Shown here: positions 13,248 through 25,662 of the stretch, piece by piece
How positions within the stretch are numbered: the stretch's first letter is position 1
Layout of the letters: every line of letters begins with the position of its first letter
Assembly: GCA_964016885.1 (NCBI GenBank)
Contig: OZ024743.1
Span: forward strand, 192,386,001 to 192,450,000
Direction: 5' to 3'
DNA length: 64,000 nt
DNA from: Eledone cirrhosa
Taxonomy: Eukaryota
The notes under the pieces: generated by a model
What the model saw: the letters and a program-made list of their open reading frames with translations, nothing else
What the model was told of the DNA's origin: nothing
The model's database searches: none
Position numbers and translations under genes: made by a program

Positions 13248-16235
13248 TGAAACGATATACATTTAATAAATAAATAATTATAATCATTATTAGTAATGCT
13301 ATAATTGTAATTTTACCTCCAGTTCAGTGGAGAGAGAGACCAATATTTGTCGACTAGTATGGTTTGTTATATTTATACCTAGATATATATAAAAAATATA
13401 TAAGTGCAAATCTAACTTTCTGAGTCGCCAAAACATACCCAAAATAAGTAAAATATGCAAATGCAGGAATGATCTACAGTTCAATTATAACCGGTAATTT
13501 TACAAGTTAAATATCCAAATTATATATTTAAAACAGAGACAGATAAATAAAGATCCGAATCTAAATTATAAATATCTAAAATAATCCTAAGGTGTGCATA
13601 TTTATCAAGTAAACAAGTTACCAAATAATATGTTTATATACCTAAACAGGATCCTTCATTCTAACATTAATTCTATCATAAATAAAGTATTATTAAAGTT
13701 TTATAAACTGCTATAACATTTTAGGTCCAACAGTTGATAAGAGACGTCAAAAATTAAAGCCTGTTTGTTTAGTGTTTTTTCCTGACTTTTTGCGAGGCTT
13801 GGAATGTAGACAAAGCTTTATGAAGGCAGTTTGAGAATAATTCACTTTTTTCGTTAATTAAGTTTTCATAATTAGTAATTATTAATAGGGTCTCCTTTGT
13901 GCAGAGGTTGCAGTTAGTTGATATAGACGAGTTTGAGTATATTTTACTATTACAAAGCTTCGTCCAAAAAATCGAGTATTTTTAATTTTCGTCTTTTAAT
14001 GACCATATAAGTTGTGATAAAGAAGTCGAAGACTTCCTATTAAAATTTGAAAATGAGCATTTGTGATTCGCAAATCTCGATTTAAATGTCGAAGAAGTTG
14101 CCCATATGTAGTAGTATGTGTTGTTATTTGTTTTTACGGTGCATTTATACACCAAATTTCTATCCAGACAATTATTTTGCAGAGCGTTTATTTCTACAAT
14201 TACATTTCGATTTATTATTATTTATATTAACACTATTATTAACAGCATTATGCTGATTTTGGTTTAGAATTCTACTATTTAGTTTAGCGATGTTTTGGGC
14301 CATATTCATAGTTGTAGAAAATATTAAATATGGAACGGTATTTATGTTGACTAGGGAAGGAATTATCTAAAGCCGTAAAGAATAGATTAGCTAGTAGTGT
14401 TCTTACTGCTACAGAAGCAGGGTGGGGGGACCATATAACTGATTTAGTTCTGGTTCTTTCCCCCGATTTATTCACAGTACAGGTGTTTGAATTAGAATTT
14501 TTAGAATTTTTAGAATTTCGTTTATATATGCCAGTCATATTATTATTATTTTTATCAGGATTAAGACTCGGATTATTATTGTCTATATATTCTATATTAT
14601 TTTTATAACCTGCCTTTCTTAGCGCATCATTGTAATATCCTGCTTTTTCATCAAATATTGATTTATTGGCAGATATTCTATTTATGCGTTTCTGTACACT
14701 ATTTACAATTGTATTTTTCACAGATTTAGGGTGATTAGAGTAATAACTAACGTAATTTAAGTTTTCATTGGGCTTATGGAAAGGGTAATAAAAACCAGAG
14801 TTTAAGTTAAAGGTACATCAAGGAAATTAACTATTTAGGTACCACTTTCTACCTCTAATTTAAGGTCGTAATTTTTAAAGAATTCAATTATATTTTTCTT
14901 TACCTTATTTAGTTCTGTATTGTTGTGTTTAACAACCGTAAATAAAATATCGTCCCTATATCAACCACCGGTAATCTCCGGCAGTTTTCTATTTATCATA
15001 CTTAAGATGAACATCCCCAGAAGATCCATGATTTGCGCTGAGTCCGATGATCCCATGGCAATGTCGAAGTTTCTATTTCTATCTGAGCGGGTCCAATACT
15101 CATTGTTGAAATTAATTAGAGTTCTTCTAGCAGTTAATATGATATCGATTTCATCCGTAGTTAGATCTGTATGTTTGTAAGCGTAGGATAAAGCCTTATT
15201 TAGTAGGTTAGGCGTAATGGAAGAGTAATAGCTTGCTATGTCCATCTGGATGAATTTAGGGTTTTTCTTATCATCTATATTTTTATACCAATCAATCACT
15301 TCGTTTGTATCTTTCCACAAGCTCAATTTAGACCTCAATTTCAAAATAGGTAGAATTCTATCAATAATATTTTTACTGATTACTCCAATATCCGATTTGG
15401 ATGGAGCAATCAGTCTAACTGGCAGGTGTTCCTCAAAGTTTCTTTTGTGATCTTTAAAATTGATCCTTGGCTGTCTATTAATAACTCTGTCTATTAATAA
15501 CTCTGGAAAACCATTACTGTTGAGTGCTTCGAATCTATTGTAAAACTCATTCTTTGATTTATTCATTGAACTTTGTTTAACTTTTAAATATATAATAGTA
15601 TACCCCCACATCTCCCCTCTTCCGACCAACCCAACCACGGATTACACACATTGGCCATCGTTCCCACCAATCAACTCCATCACAAGGAAAATATCCGGCA
15701 TCTCACCATACCCTCTACGGAACTACCTTAGGAACTTACCCACATACATACACTCACAAACATTTTTTTCCCACCCGCCACCTACATCCACAATACGTAT
15801 AAACACCACACACACACATATTTACACACTCAGCCTCCGGAATCCTCAGTCCATGGGATGAATTTAGTAGAAGTAGTTCCACAACAGTTAGTTCACCATT
15901 ACCGAGAACAATTGTTTCACCTTATTCAGATCATCAGTTCAGTTTAAATGAGGTTGTACGGAAAAGGAAAAACAACTGTACGAATATGCAAGATCAGAAA
16001 CAGTCACTTCCCAAAGGGGGCGGGGGCGACCACGTTAGATCGGTGTTAGGGAGACGACTGTGGATACTCGGAATAATAGATTATTCATGTTATTCAGTCC
16101 AGAATATTATAGATTGTTCATGTTAGTCAATCTGGAGCTTTGTAATTACGTAATAGGTGTTTCCAGACGTGTGGACAATGCAAAAAAGTTCTTTCTTTGA
16201 ATTTAGACAAGCGCTGTTACGTTATTTTCTCAGGA

Positions 16236-19200
16236 TAAATTCATCCAGATGGACATAACAAGCTATTACTCTTCCATTACGCCTAACCTACTAAGTAAGG
16301 CTTTATCATACGCTTACAAACATACAGATCTAACTACGGATGAAATTGATATCATATTAACTGCTAGAAGAACTTTAATTAACTTCAACAATGAGTATTG
16401 GACCCGCTCAGATAAAAATAGAAACTTCGACATTACCATGAGATCATCTGACTCAGCGCAAATCACGGATCTTCTGGGGATTTTCATCTTAAATATGATA
16501 AACAGAAAACTGCCGGAGATTACCGGTGGTTTATATAGGGACGATATTTTATTTACGGTTGTTAAACACAACAATATAGAACTAAATAGGGTAAAGAAAA
16601 ATATAATTGAATTCTTTAAAAATTACGACCTGTACTGTGAATAAATCGGAGGAAAGAACCAGAACTAAATCAGTTATATGGTTTGCCCCCCTCCCTTCTT
16701 CTGTAGCAGTAAGAACACCAATAGCTAATCTATTTTTTAAAGCTTTAGATAGTTCATTCCTTAGTCAACATAAATACCACTCCATGTTTAACAGACACAC
16801 ATTTAAACTGTCTTATTCTACAACTATGAATATGGCCCAAAACATCGCTAAAATAAACAGTATAATTCTAAACCAAAATCAACATTAATAATATTGTTAA
16901 TATAAATAATAATAAATCGAAATGTAATTGTAGAAATAAACCAGATTGCCCTCTGCAAAATAATTGTCTGGATAGAAATCTGGTGTATAAATGCACCGTA
17001 AAAACAAATAACAACACATACAACTACATAGGAGCAACTTCTTCGAGATTTGCGAACCACAAATGCTCATTTTCGAATTTTAATAGGAAGTCTTCGACTT
17101 CTTTATCACAACTTATATGGTCATTAAAAGACAAAAATTTAAAATACTCGATCTTTTAGACGAAGCTTTGTAATAGTAAAATATATACGAACTCATCCAT
17201 ATCAATTAACTGCGACCTCTGCACAAAGGAGACCCTATTAATAATTACTAATTATGAAAACTTAATTAACAAAAAAAGTGAATTATTCTCAAACTGCCTT
17301 CATAAAGCTTTGTCTACATTCCAAATCTCGCAAAAAGTCAGGAAAAAACAGTAAACAATCAGGCCTTAATTTTTGACGTCTCTTATCAACTGTTGGGCCT
17401 AAAAAGTCATAACGGTTTATAAAACTTTAATAATGCTTTATCTTCTAATCATTTATGATAGAATTAATGTTAGAATGAAGGATACTCTTTTGATAACTTG
17501 TTTATTTGATAAATATGCATACTTTATGATTTTTTTTTATATTTATAATTTTGATTCAGATCTTTATTTATCTGTCTCTCTTTTAAATATATAGTTTGGA
17601 TATTTAACTTGTAAATTTACTGATTATAATTGAACTGTGGATCATTCAGGCGTTTGCATATTTTACATATTTTACTCATTTTGAGTATGTTTTGGGGGAC
17701 TCAGAAAGTTAGATTTGCATTTATTTTTTTATATATAGCTAGGTATAAATATAACAAACGATAATAGCCGACAAATATTGGTCTATCTCTCCACTGAACT
17801 CGAGGTAAAACTACAATTATAGCATTACGAATAATGATTATAATTATTGTTTTTTATTAAATGTATACCGTTTCATTAATACCTATAATAATATCTCTAT
17901 ATAGTTGTACAAATATCTTCATCTAGTGTAATAACATAATCGTAGTTACATTTATAAATAATTTAGACACTCAAATGACTGTATATTGTTATAAGTGTTT
18001 GATATTCCCTGGAAGTTCGAACTTGTATAATGATTTTTACTTAATATAATATAATTTAATTTAACTTATTTTATTTTATTTTAATTAAATTTAGATTACC
18101 TTCGGCTGTTTCAAATATTTAGCTCCTCTTTATATCACATTCGCTAAAATATTTTAGATGTATCTTTTGTATACTATATTAAAACCCTATTACATTTATA
18201 ATATATTTCTAATATTGGGCATCTTTAAGTTTCGCAAACAATTCATTTTCTTTTTTTTATTTGTATATTTATTTTGTGTCTAGCCCCTATCATTATGACT
18301 CATATAGTTTTGACTTATATGTTTATAGTATATATCAACTAAATGAAAATAATTGATATAAAACATCAATTCTTTAGCAATATTTTCTAACAATATATTT
18401 TTTTAACTATATATATATTTTTAATAATATTTTCAGTAACTCATTTACTATATTGTATTATTGTATTATATTATATATATATTTGAAAGGTATCACCTCA
18501 ATTATAAACAAATAATAAACTATAATCCTTGTATTTTTTGATCAACAGATATATATAATTAAAAATTCGGTCTTCTTTAAGTTTAGTTATAAGGCCGGTT
18601 GATCCTTTAGGCACTCAAACTATTTAACAATAAATTCTTTAATAATTATAACTATAATTATTTTATAAATTATATTATATAAACTGTTGTCAATATTATA
18701 AATAATTTTGGTAAAGATTTGGGGTTATATAAGCATTATATATCTTCTTTCTCGTGTTTCGTAAATCCTTTAAATTTGTTTTCATAAAATTTGAATTTTA
18801 GAAATTAAACATAATTATAATATTAATATAAATACCTATTAACTTTTAAAACCTAAAATATTATTCATTACTCTGAAATAACTTAAATTAAATATTTTGA
18901 AAATTAACGGCCAAATATAATATATTATATTAATTTGGATATGTGTTGCATATATGGAAATCTGTATATAAACTTGAACATAAATTACTCCCCTTTGTCT
19001 CTCTCTCTCTTTAATCATCTTTCATCTGTTTTTTTCAAGCCACTTACTAAATATATTATCACATCGGCTGTTTCTTCCTTTATGCTTTCCTTTCCCTCCT
19101 CTTTCTCCAGTAGTTTTTAAACAAATTTTATAACTGTTATATTGATGCCATGTATTTTTTTAAACTGTATTATACGCACCCTCTCTATTGTTTGTATTAT

Positions 19201-19394
19201 GTTATCTCATGTTCTCAATATTAGGGTATAAATATTGAGTTTTGTCATATGTTAATCACTACCATGACTGAATCTTAACCATCTACTATGTCAGGGTATA
19301 TCATGCATCATCTTATTTTATCTGATGACGACGTACTGTTAAACTTAACTCAGTACCTCTGAAATATGTATAATAAAATATAATTGATCACAAA
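16236..19394 (+). mobile_element. Penelope-like element, right arm (resumes at 24339-24369 after the Gypsy insertion)
   Basis: Reverse complement of 10372-15258; RT GGLYRDDIL (ORF 16249-16644); CNCRNKPDCPLQNNCL and YIGATSS GIY-YIG region; about 0.4 kb deleted near 16630. Confidence 0.88.
19314..19380 (+). ncRNA. Minimal type I hammerhead ribozyme, sister of 10420-10486
   Basis: TATTTTAT-CTGATGA-..GTACTG..CAGTAC..-GAAA-TATGTA-TA-ATAAAATA; the base of stem II is partly mismatched. Confidence 0.65.
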
Positions 19395-19672
19395 TGTTGT
19401 ATGGACTGTGAATCGAACTCACAACCTCATTGTTGTATGGACTGTTAAATTCGATTTGTTCAATTTACACGTGCTCACACATTTGCATATGAATACGTGA
19501 CCTGGGCAGTCAGTCAACGTTGGTATTAAAAACTCGATCACAGACTGCTACTTACTTACTTTATGTTATTCTGCTACTGCGAGGAGGGGCGTTTTGGTTG
19601 TTTCGCAAATTACACAAATTATTTGATATAACTCGTTGTGTTTTCTCTGCGAGTACCGAGAGGAATACAACA
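19395..19672 (+). repeat. 5' LTR
   Basis: Near-identical to 24057-24333; I count about two substitutions and two small indels. Confidence 0.95.
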
Positions 19673-19680
19673 GAGTTTAT

Positions 19681-19699
19681 TGGCGTCGCCGATAGGATT
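19681..19699 (+). promoter_or_regulatory. Primer binding site, probably tRNA-Ser type
   Basis: TGGCGTCGCCGATAGGATT is complementary to a tRNA 3' end ...AATCCT..GACGCCA. The isoacceptor is assigned from recalled similarity only. Confidence 0.7.
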
Positions 19700-19779
19700 T
19701 ACCTACATTGCCGATAGGATTTGCCTACATTGCCGATAGGATTTACCTACATTGCCGGGAAATTGTTTATCACAAAAAC

Positions 19780-21130
19780 ATGGCGGAACAACAAACAGCG
19801 GAGCTAATAAAGTTGTTTAGAGAACAGATGGAACAACAAATGCAACAACAGGAACAACAAATGCAACAACACAAGAAAGATATGGACACTCTGATAAAAC
19901 TGTTTGGTGCTCGAGATTCTGAACAACAGAGTTTATTGGCGTCGCCAGTTGCTTCGACACCAACAGCATTCATCCCACCATTTGCTGCTTTTGATTCAAC
20001 AACAGAACTATGGCCTGATTACTGGTCAAGATTCTGCACGTTTGTGGCTGCTAACGCTGTACCCGAGCAACGCATGGCACAAGTGCTCCTGACTAATCAG
20101 ACGGCTGCTATCTACAAACAACTTGCAAATCTGGCTGCTCAACAAAATCCGCCTAAGAATATCAACAAGTTGACAATGGGCGAAATTGTTGACTTCATGA
20201 AAGAACAGTTCGACCCAAAACTTTTCATTGTGAGAGAAGGTTTCAAGTTCTGGAGTGACATGCAACGGAAGCCAGGCGAAACTCTCCAAGAGCTGGCAGC
20301 ACGTATACGTCAGAATGCAGCTACCTGTGATTTTTCTTTGATCACAAATCCACAAGATGAAGCTCTAAGACAGATTTATATGTTCTGTCAATAATGAAGC
20401 TGTGTTGAAGGCTATTTTCAAGATCAAGGATACAGAACTAGATTTCACCCGTGCTGTCCAAGTTGCCATCGGGACCGAAGACGCAGCAAAGGTTGCCAAG
20501 GAAACTGTTCACGGTTCCAAAACCAAGAAAGTCTACAAGGTCCAGCAGAACAAGAACAAGGGTCCTCGAAAGAACTATCAGCAGTCTTATTCCACAGACC
20601 AGGAGATGTGCTACCGATGTGGAAAGGCCCACGAAGCGACAGACTGCCCCTTCAAAGAAGCCAAATGTTATTTTTGTGACAGAAAGGGACATTTGCAAGC
20701 GGTGTGTAGAAAGAAACAACATCAGCAACGTAATCATCGCTCACAGAATTACGTGAAAAGAATCACGAAAGCTGAGCTAGTCAAAGCGATCCTTGGTGAA
20801 GTTCCCCACGATACTCATAGTTTGAAGGTGCCAATAACAATCCAGAACAGACTTTTCACAATGGAATTGGACACAGCTACTACAGGTAATTTTGTTTCCT
20901 TGTCAGTTTGGAAACAATTAGGAAAACCAAAGCTGCAAGATGTCAAACATCGGTTTGAATCTGCCAGCAAGCACGACCTGCCCGTTCTGGGAACTTTCAT
21001 GGGCCAAACCAAGATCCAACGACCGGTAAACGGAATTCAATACCCTACATCGTCACCAAGATCCCTGATCTTAATTTGCTGGGACGAAGCGCTATCCAGA
21101 CTCTGGGAATTTCCGTGGACAATGCTCTAG
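19780..21130 (+). pseudogene. Gypsy gag and protease (frameshift near 20375)
   Basis: QRKPGETLQELAARIR gag motif; knuckles CYRCGKAHEATDC and CYFCDRKGHLQAVC; protease MELDTAT. Confidence 0.88.
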
Positions 21131-22542
21131 GATTGAAAAGCATAGACAGCCAGGCCAAGAGTGAGGGTGCAGAAGTGATGCATCCAAAGATCTCAACTGA
21201 GCCCTATATTTCCATGCAACGAGATTGTCACATGTGTGATGAATTCCCAGATCTCTTCAAGCAAGAATTGGGATGTCTTAATGACTTCGAACTGGAAGTG
21301 AAGTTCAAGTCGGACGCGACACCGGTCTTTCACAAGGCACGCCCGGTCCCGTTTGCTCTTCGTGATGACCTGGCCAAAGGTTACGAAGAAGGCATCGCCA
21401 AAGGAATCTGGAAGCCAGTACAGTTCAACGAATACGGAACGCCAGTGGTACCGATTCGTAAAGCACATACTTTAGGCAACCTGAAGCCCAAACTACGGAT
21501 TTGTGGTGACTACTCTGTGGGAATTAACGACCAACTTGCAGATCATCGTCATCCAATGCCACTCCCAGAGGAACTGATGCAGAAGCTCGGAGGTGGATTC
21601 GGATACACAAAGATTGATCTTGCTGATGCCTATAATCAGATCAAGCTGGCTCCAGAAAGTCAACGCAGGCTTGCACTCAGCACTCACCGTGGGGTGCTCC
21701 TGCAGGAACGACTCCCTTTCGGAATCAAGTCAGCACCTGGTTACTTTCAGGAGATCATGGAAAACCTGACTCAAGATCTACCTGGTGTGGCCGTCTTCCA
21801 GGCCGACATGCTCGTCAGTGGGAAAGATGCAAACGATCACCTGAACAACCTGAAGTGTCTGCTCACACGTCTGTGCGACAAAGGACTCGGATGTCGCCGT
21901 GACAAGTGCCAGTTTGCACTACCCAGTGTGGAATACCTTGGACACACCTTGTCGGCTGAAGGGATCGCGAAAGGATCCAAGGTCGAAGCAGTTTTAAAGA
22001 TGCCACCTCCAACGAACGTCTCAAGCTTGAAGTCTTTCCTGGGTTCAATTCAGTTCTATGGAAAGTTTATCCCAAACCTGGCCAGCATGGCAGAGCCACT
22101 CTATTTCCTTACGAAAAAAACGACTACTTGGAAGTGGGGAGATGAAGAACAGTCAGCTTTCGATCAGTTGAAAAATGTGCTTTCATCGGATCGAGTTCTG
22201 ATACACTTCGATCCAAACAAAACTTTGGGACTGACTTGCGACGCGTCAAACGTTGGTATTGGAGCAGTCCTGTTTCATCGCTATCCTGATGGAAGCGAGC
22301 GCCCAATATCCAATGTGTCCAAGACTCTTACTTCTGCACAGCGTAACTACGGCCAAATTCAAAAGGAAGCCCTGGCCATCATATTTGGCTTGCAGAAGTT
22401 CTATCAGTATCTGTACGGACATCAGTTTATACTCTTAACTGACCACAAGCCACTGACATCACTGTTCAGTCCGAGGAAAGGGACGCCACTTCTCGCTGCT
22501 AACCGACTAGCACGGTGGGCCCTGTGGGCTGAACCAGTTTGA
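21076..22542 (+). pseudogene. Gypsy RT and RNase H
   Basis: LRICGDY, KIDLADAYNQ, LPFGIKSAPGYFQ, CDASNVGIGAVL, TDHKPL. The catalytic motif reads FQAD instead of xxDD. Confidence 0.9.
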
Positions 22543-22600
22543 CTACACCATCGAATATCGGAAAACAGCGGATCATGGCAATGCAGATGCCTTCAGTCGC

Positions 22601-24022
22601 TTGCCATTTGGTAATGACATTGACTTTGACAGGAAGCAAAAAGGTGAAGACATGGACATGGTGTGCGCCATCAAAGCTCTCAGTCTTCAAGTCCAACCTA
22701 TCGATTCTAACGTCCTCCGTCAAGAGGCAGGGAAAGATCCAGTGATATCTACAGTGATACGCTACGTCCGTGAAGGCTGGCCACCAAAGAATACTGAGAT
22801 CAATGACGAAGTCAATAAGTTCCGGAAGTTATCGGATTCACTCAGTATCTGCCATGGATCGAGAGTTGTTATTCCCCATAGCTTACAGCCAAAGATCCTC
22901 AATCTTCTGCATCTCGGACACTTTGGCATGGAGCGCATGAAACAATTGGCAAGAACTGCTGTTTATTGGCCTGGTATCGATGCTGCTATAGAGAAAACCA
23001 GTCGACAATGTGATTCGTGTGGTGAACATCAAAACCAGCCATCCAAGTCTCCAGTTCACCCATGGATGTTACCTGAAAAGCCGTGGAGCCGCTTACACCT
23101 GGACCACGCAATAAATTTCATGGGCAGTAATTGGTTGGTGATCACGGATGCTTATTCTAAGTATCCATGCATTCATCCTACGTCATCCACGTCCTCCAGA
23201 GCCACTTTAGATCTGCTTGAAGAAGACTTTGCGCACTTCGGATTTCCTCACACGCTAGTCACCGATAACGTACCAATTTTTATTTCTGAGGAGTTCCAGA
23301 GCTGGTGCAAAGAACGTGGGATCACGCACCTGACAGGGGCACCTTACCACCCAGCTACTAACGGAGCAGCGGAACGTTTGGTACAGACCTTCAAACAAGC
23401 TCTGAGGAAGACTTCTCTTCCGCCGAAGCGAGCACTTCAAGAGTTCTTGATGCAGTACCGGAGAACACCGACATCCAGTGGATTCTCTCCGAGTGAACTT
23501 TTGAATCACCGGCAGATACGGACAAGGATTGATTCTCTGCTGCCCTCGCCAGCACACATCGCTCAAGGCAAGCAGTCTAAGGAAGCATATAAGTATCAGA
23601 TGACTCCGGAATCGGCAGGTGTCGCTAAGGTTACCAGGCAGTACAATGCTGGAGATCCTGTGTATGCACTGTACTACGGACCTCGCCGAGACAAAGATCC
23701 CCGATGGGTACCAGCAATCATTGAGAAGTCATTGGGTACTCGCTGCTTCAACGTTAAGGTCATACCTCATGGCCCGGTGTGGAGACGACACTGGGAACAG
23801 CTGCAACCGCGGTACACTACTGAGGAAGACAATGAACCTGGTGATGCAGTAGACACTGTTTTTGAATTTGCAACAGATCACCCGATGGAGATCTCGGAAA
23901 TCGTGCCACTAACTCCAAGACAGACCAGACCCAAGACCTTGTTGCCCGTTCCAGAGTATGGACCAGACAATCGAAGACGGTCCAAGAGAACTCGTAAACC
24001 CCCAGAGAGACTTTGCTGTTGA
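22601..24022 (+). pseudogene. Gypsy integrase (HHCC plus DDE), frameshifted from RT
   Basis: LHLGHFG...CDSC, LHLDHA, LVTDN, PATNGAAER. Confidence 0.9.
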
Positions 24023-24056
24023 TGCTTCTTTTGTCGCATCAATTTCGGTGGGGAGA

Positions 24057-24333
24057 TGTTGTATGGACTGTGAATCGAACTCACAACCTCATTGTTGTAT
24101 GGACTGTTAAATTCGATTTGTTCAATTTACACGTGCTCACACATTTGCATATGAATCACGTGACCTGGGCAGTCAGTCAACGTTGGTATTAAAAACTCGA
24201 TCACAGACTGCTACTTACTTACTTTGTTATTCTGCTACTGCGAGGAGGAGCATTTTGGTTGTTTCGCAAATTACACAAATTATTTGATATAACTCGTTGT
24301 GTTTTCTCTGCGAGTACCGAGAGGAATACAACA
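24057..24333 (+). repeat. 3' LTR
   Basis: Direct repeat of 19395-19672, preceded by the PPT. Confidence 0.95.
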
Positions 24334-24367
24334 ACAAGAATATCTATTTTGTTAATATTTTGAATTA

Positions 24368-24398
<31 letters not shown>

Positions 24399-24559
24399 GA
24401 ATTTACTTTCGAGAATAGCTGTATACAGATATGTATTGGAATATCGTAATTCTAAAGAAATGTGGTATGTTTATAAATAAACATTTAGAAAGACGTAGCT
24501 ATCCAAAAAACACCGGCGGCTGTCGCCACCTGGCGGTGTCCAGCAGAACAAAGTGGGAC

Positions 24560-24605
24560 AATCGTCGATGCATTTCGAACTGAACAGCTTCTCATTAGAA
24601 CGATT
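24560..24605 (-). ncRNA. Minimal HHR motif (core CTAATGA variant)
   Basis: Minus strand AATCGTT-CTAATGA-GAA..TTC-GAAA-TGCA-TC-GACGATT; 7-bp stem I. Confidence 0.65.
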
Positions 24606-24771
24606 CCTCCCGCCCTTGCAACTGCTGGACTTTGAAAACAGGCGAGAAAATATAGTTTTCTCGTCTGTGTAAATGAGGGAATTAGTCTCATTTACATATG
24701 AAGCTGTATAAGATGAGAAAACTATATATTCTTGCCAGTTTTCAAAGTCTAGCAGTTGCAAGAGCGGGAGA

Positions 24772-24817
24772 GATCGTCCTGATCAGAACCAGTTTAGTTC
24801 GAAATGCATCAACAATT
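24772..24817 (+). ncRNA. Minimal HHR motif (core CTGATCA variant)
   Basis: GATCGTC-CTGATCA-GAAC..GTTC-GAAA-TGCA-TC-AACAATT; the consensus of the two arms restores CTGATGA. Confidence 0.6.
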
Positions 24818-25088
24818 GTCCCCCTTACTTCTGCTGGAGACCACCAGGGGGCGATAACCGCCGGTGTTTGTGCATAGCTACGGCCTTCTAAATGTTTATT
24901 TATAAACATACCATATTTCTTTAGAAATACGAAATTCCAATACATAAATATATGTCCTTGAGCAAGACACTTTATTTCACGTTGTTCCTTCTACCTGGAG
25001 TTGCGACCGATAGATAGTACTAGCAACTGAAAAGACCAACGGAAGCATTGTTTCCTCGGTCCGATTTGACGAAAGTCGATCGATCCTT

Positions 25089-25120
<32 letters not shown>

Positions 25121-25121
25121 T

Positions 25122-25157
<36 letters not shown>

Positions 25158-25163
<6 letters not shown>

Positions 25164-25452
25164 TGGGAACAAAGCATCAGTATTGCATCGTATACATATT
25201 TAATTACATATTACATATGTTTCGCTGCCAATCAGCTCGAGGATCGATCGAATAATGTTCATTCCTGACTCTGGAATGGATGCATTTGGACGTGCATCTA
25301 CATGTGAGAACACATATCTGAGAAACTTCCGATTCCAGAGTCGGGAACGAACATTATTTGATTGTTCCCCGAGTTGATCGGCAATGAAACATATGTAATA
25401 TATAATTAAATATGTATATGATGCAATACTGATTTTTCATTCCCATTTATTA
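25158..25452. repeat. Fold-back element B (arms of about 120 bp) next to (TA)n
   Basis: 25158-25280 pairs imperfectly with 25328-25452. Confidence 0.9.
25312..25403 (+). ncRNA. HHR-like motif with extended stem II region
   Basis: ACATAT-CTGAGAA-(about 60 nt)-GAAA-CATATG-TA-ATAT; homologous to 56510-56602. Confidence 0.5.
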
Positions 25453-25626
25453 TTATTGATGCTCTGCTCCCCAAGAGCATCGCGTGCTCATCTTGGCATA
25501 CCACCTGTGAACAAAATTCAATTGCACCTCTACTACCTATATATATGTATGTATGTAAAAGGTAAACAGAAATAACAACACAATCGGTACAGTATATGGT
25601 TAACGCTTGAAATAGCAAGAAGAGGG

Positions 25627-25662
25627 TCTTAACGTTTCGGACGCTAGTCATTCATCAGAAGA
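25627..25662 (-). ncRNA. Minimal HHR motif
   Basis: Minus strand TCTT-CTGATGA-ATGACTAGCGTCC-GAAA-CG-TT-AAGA. Confidence 0.6.

Larger units (their letters stand above)
10372..15596 (-). mobile_element. Penelope-like element, left arm of a large inverted pair (interrupted by a Helitron)
   Basis: RT remnants (MDIASYYSSI, MGSSDSAQIMDL, GG*YRDDIL), GIY-YIG region (LVYKC...YIWATSS..F..RFANHK, CNLCTKE) ending near 13770, long AT-rich 3' region ending in an HHR. Confidence 0.85.
19395..24333 (+). mobile_element. Gypsy/Ty3 LTR retrotransposon (Mag-like), structurally complete but frameshifted
   Basis: Two LTRs of about 278 bp (TGTTGTA...TACAACA), PBS at 19681, PPT GGTGGGGAGA at 24047-24056, 5-bp TSD ACAAA/ACAAG, domain order gag-PR-RT-RNaseH-IN. 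Confidence 0.95.
24430..24946. repeat. Fold-back element A (arms of about 235 bp) with a hammerhead motif in each arm
   Basis: 24430-24666 is the imperfect reverse complement of 24711-24946. Confidence 0.9.
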
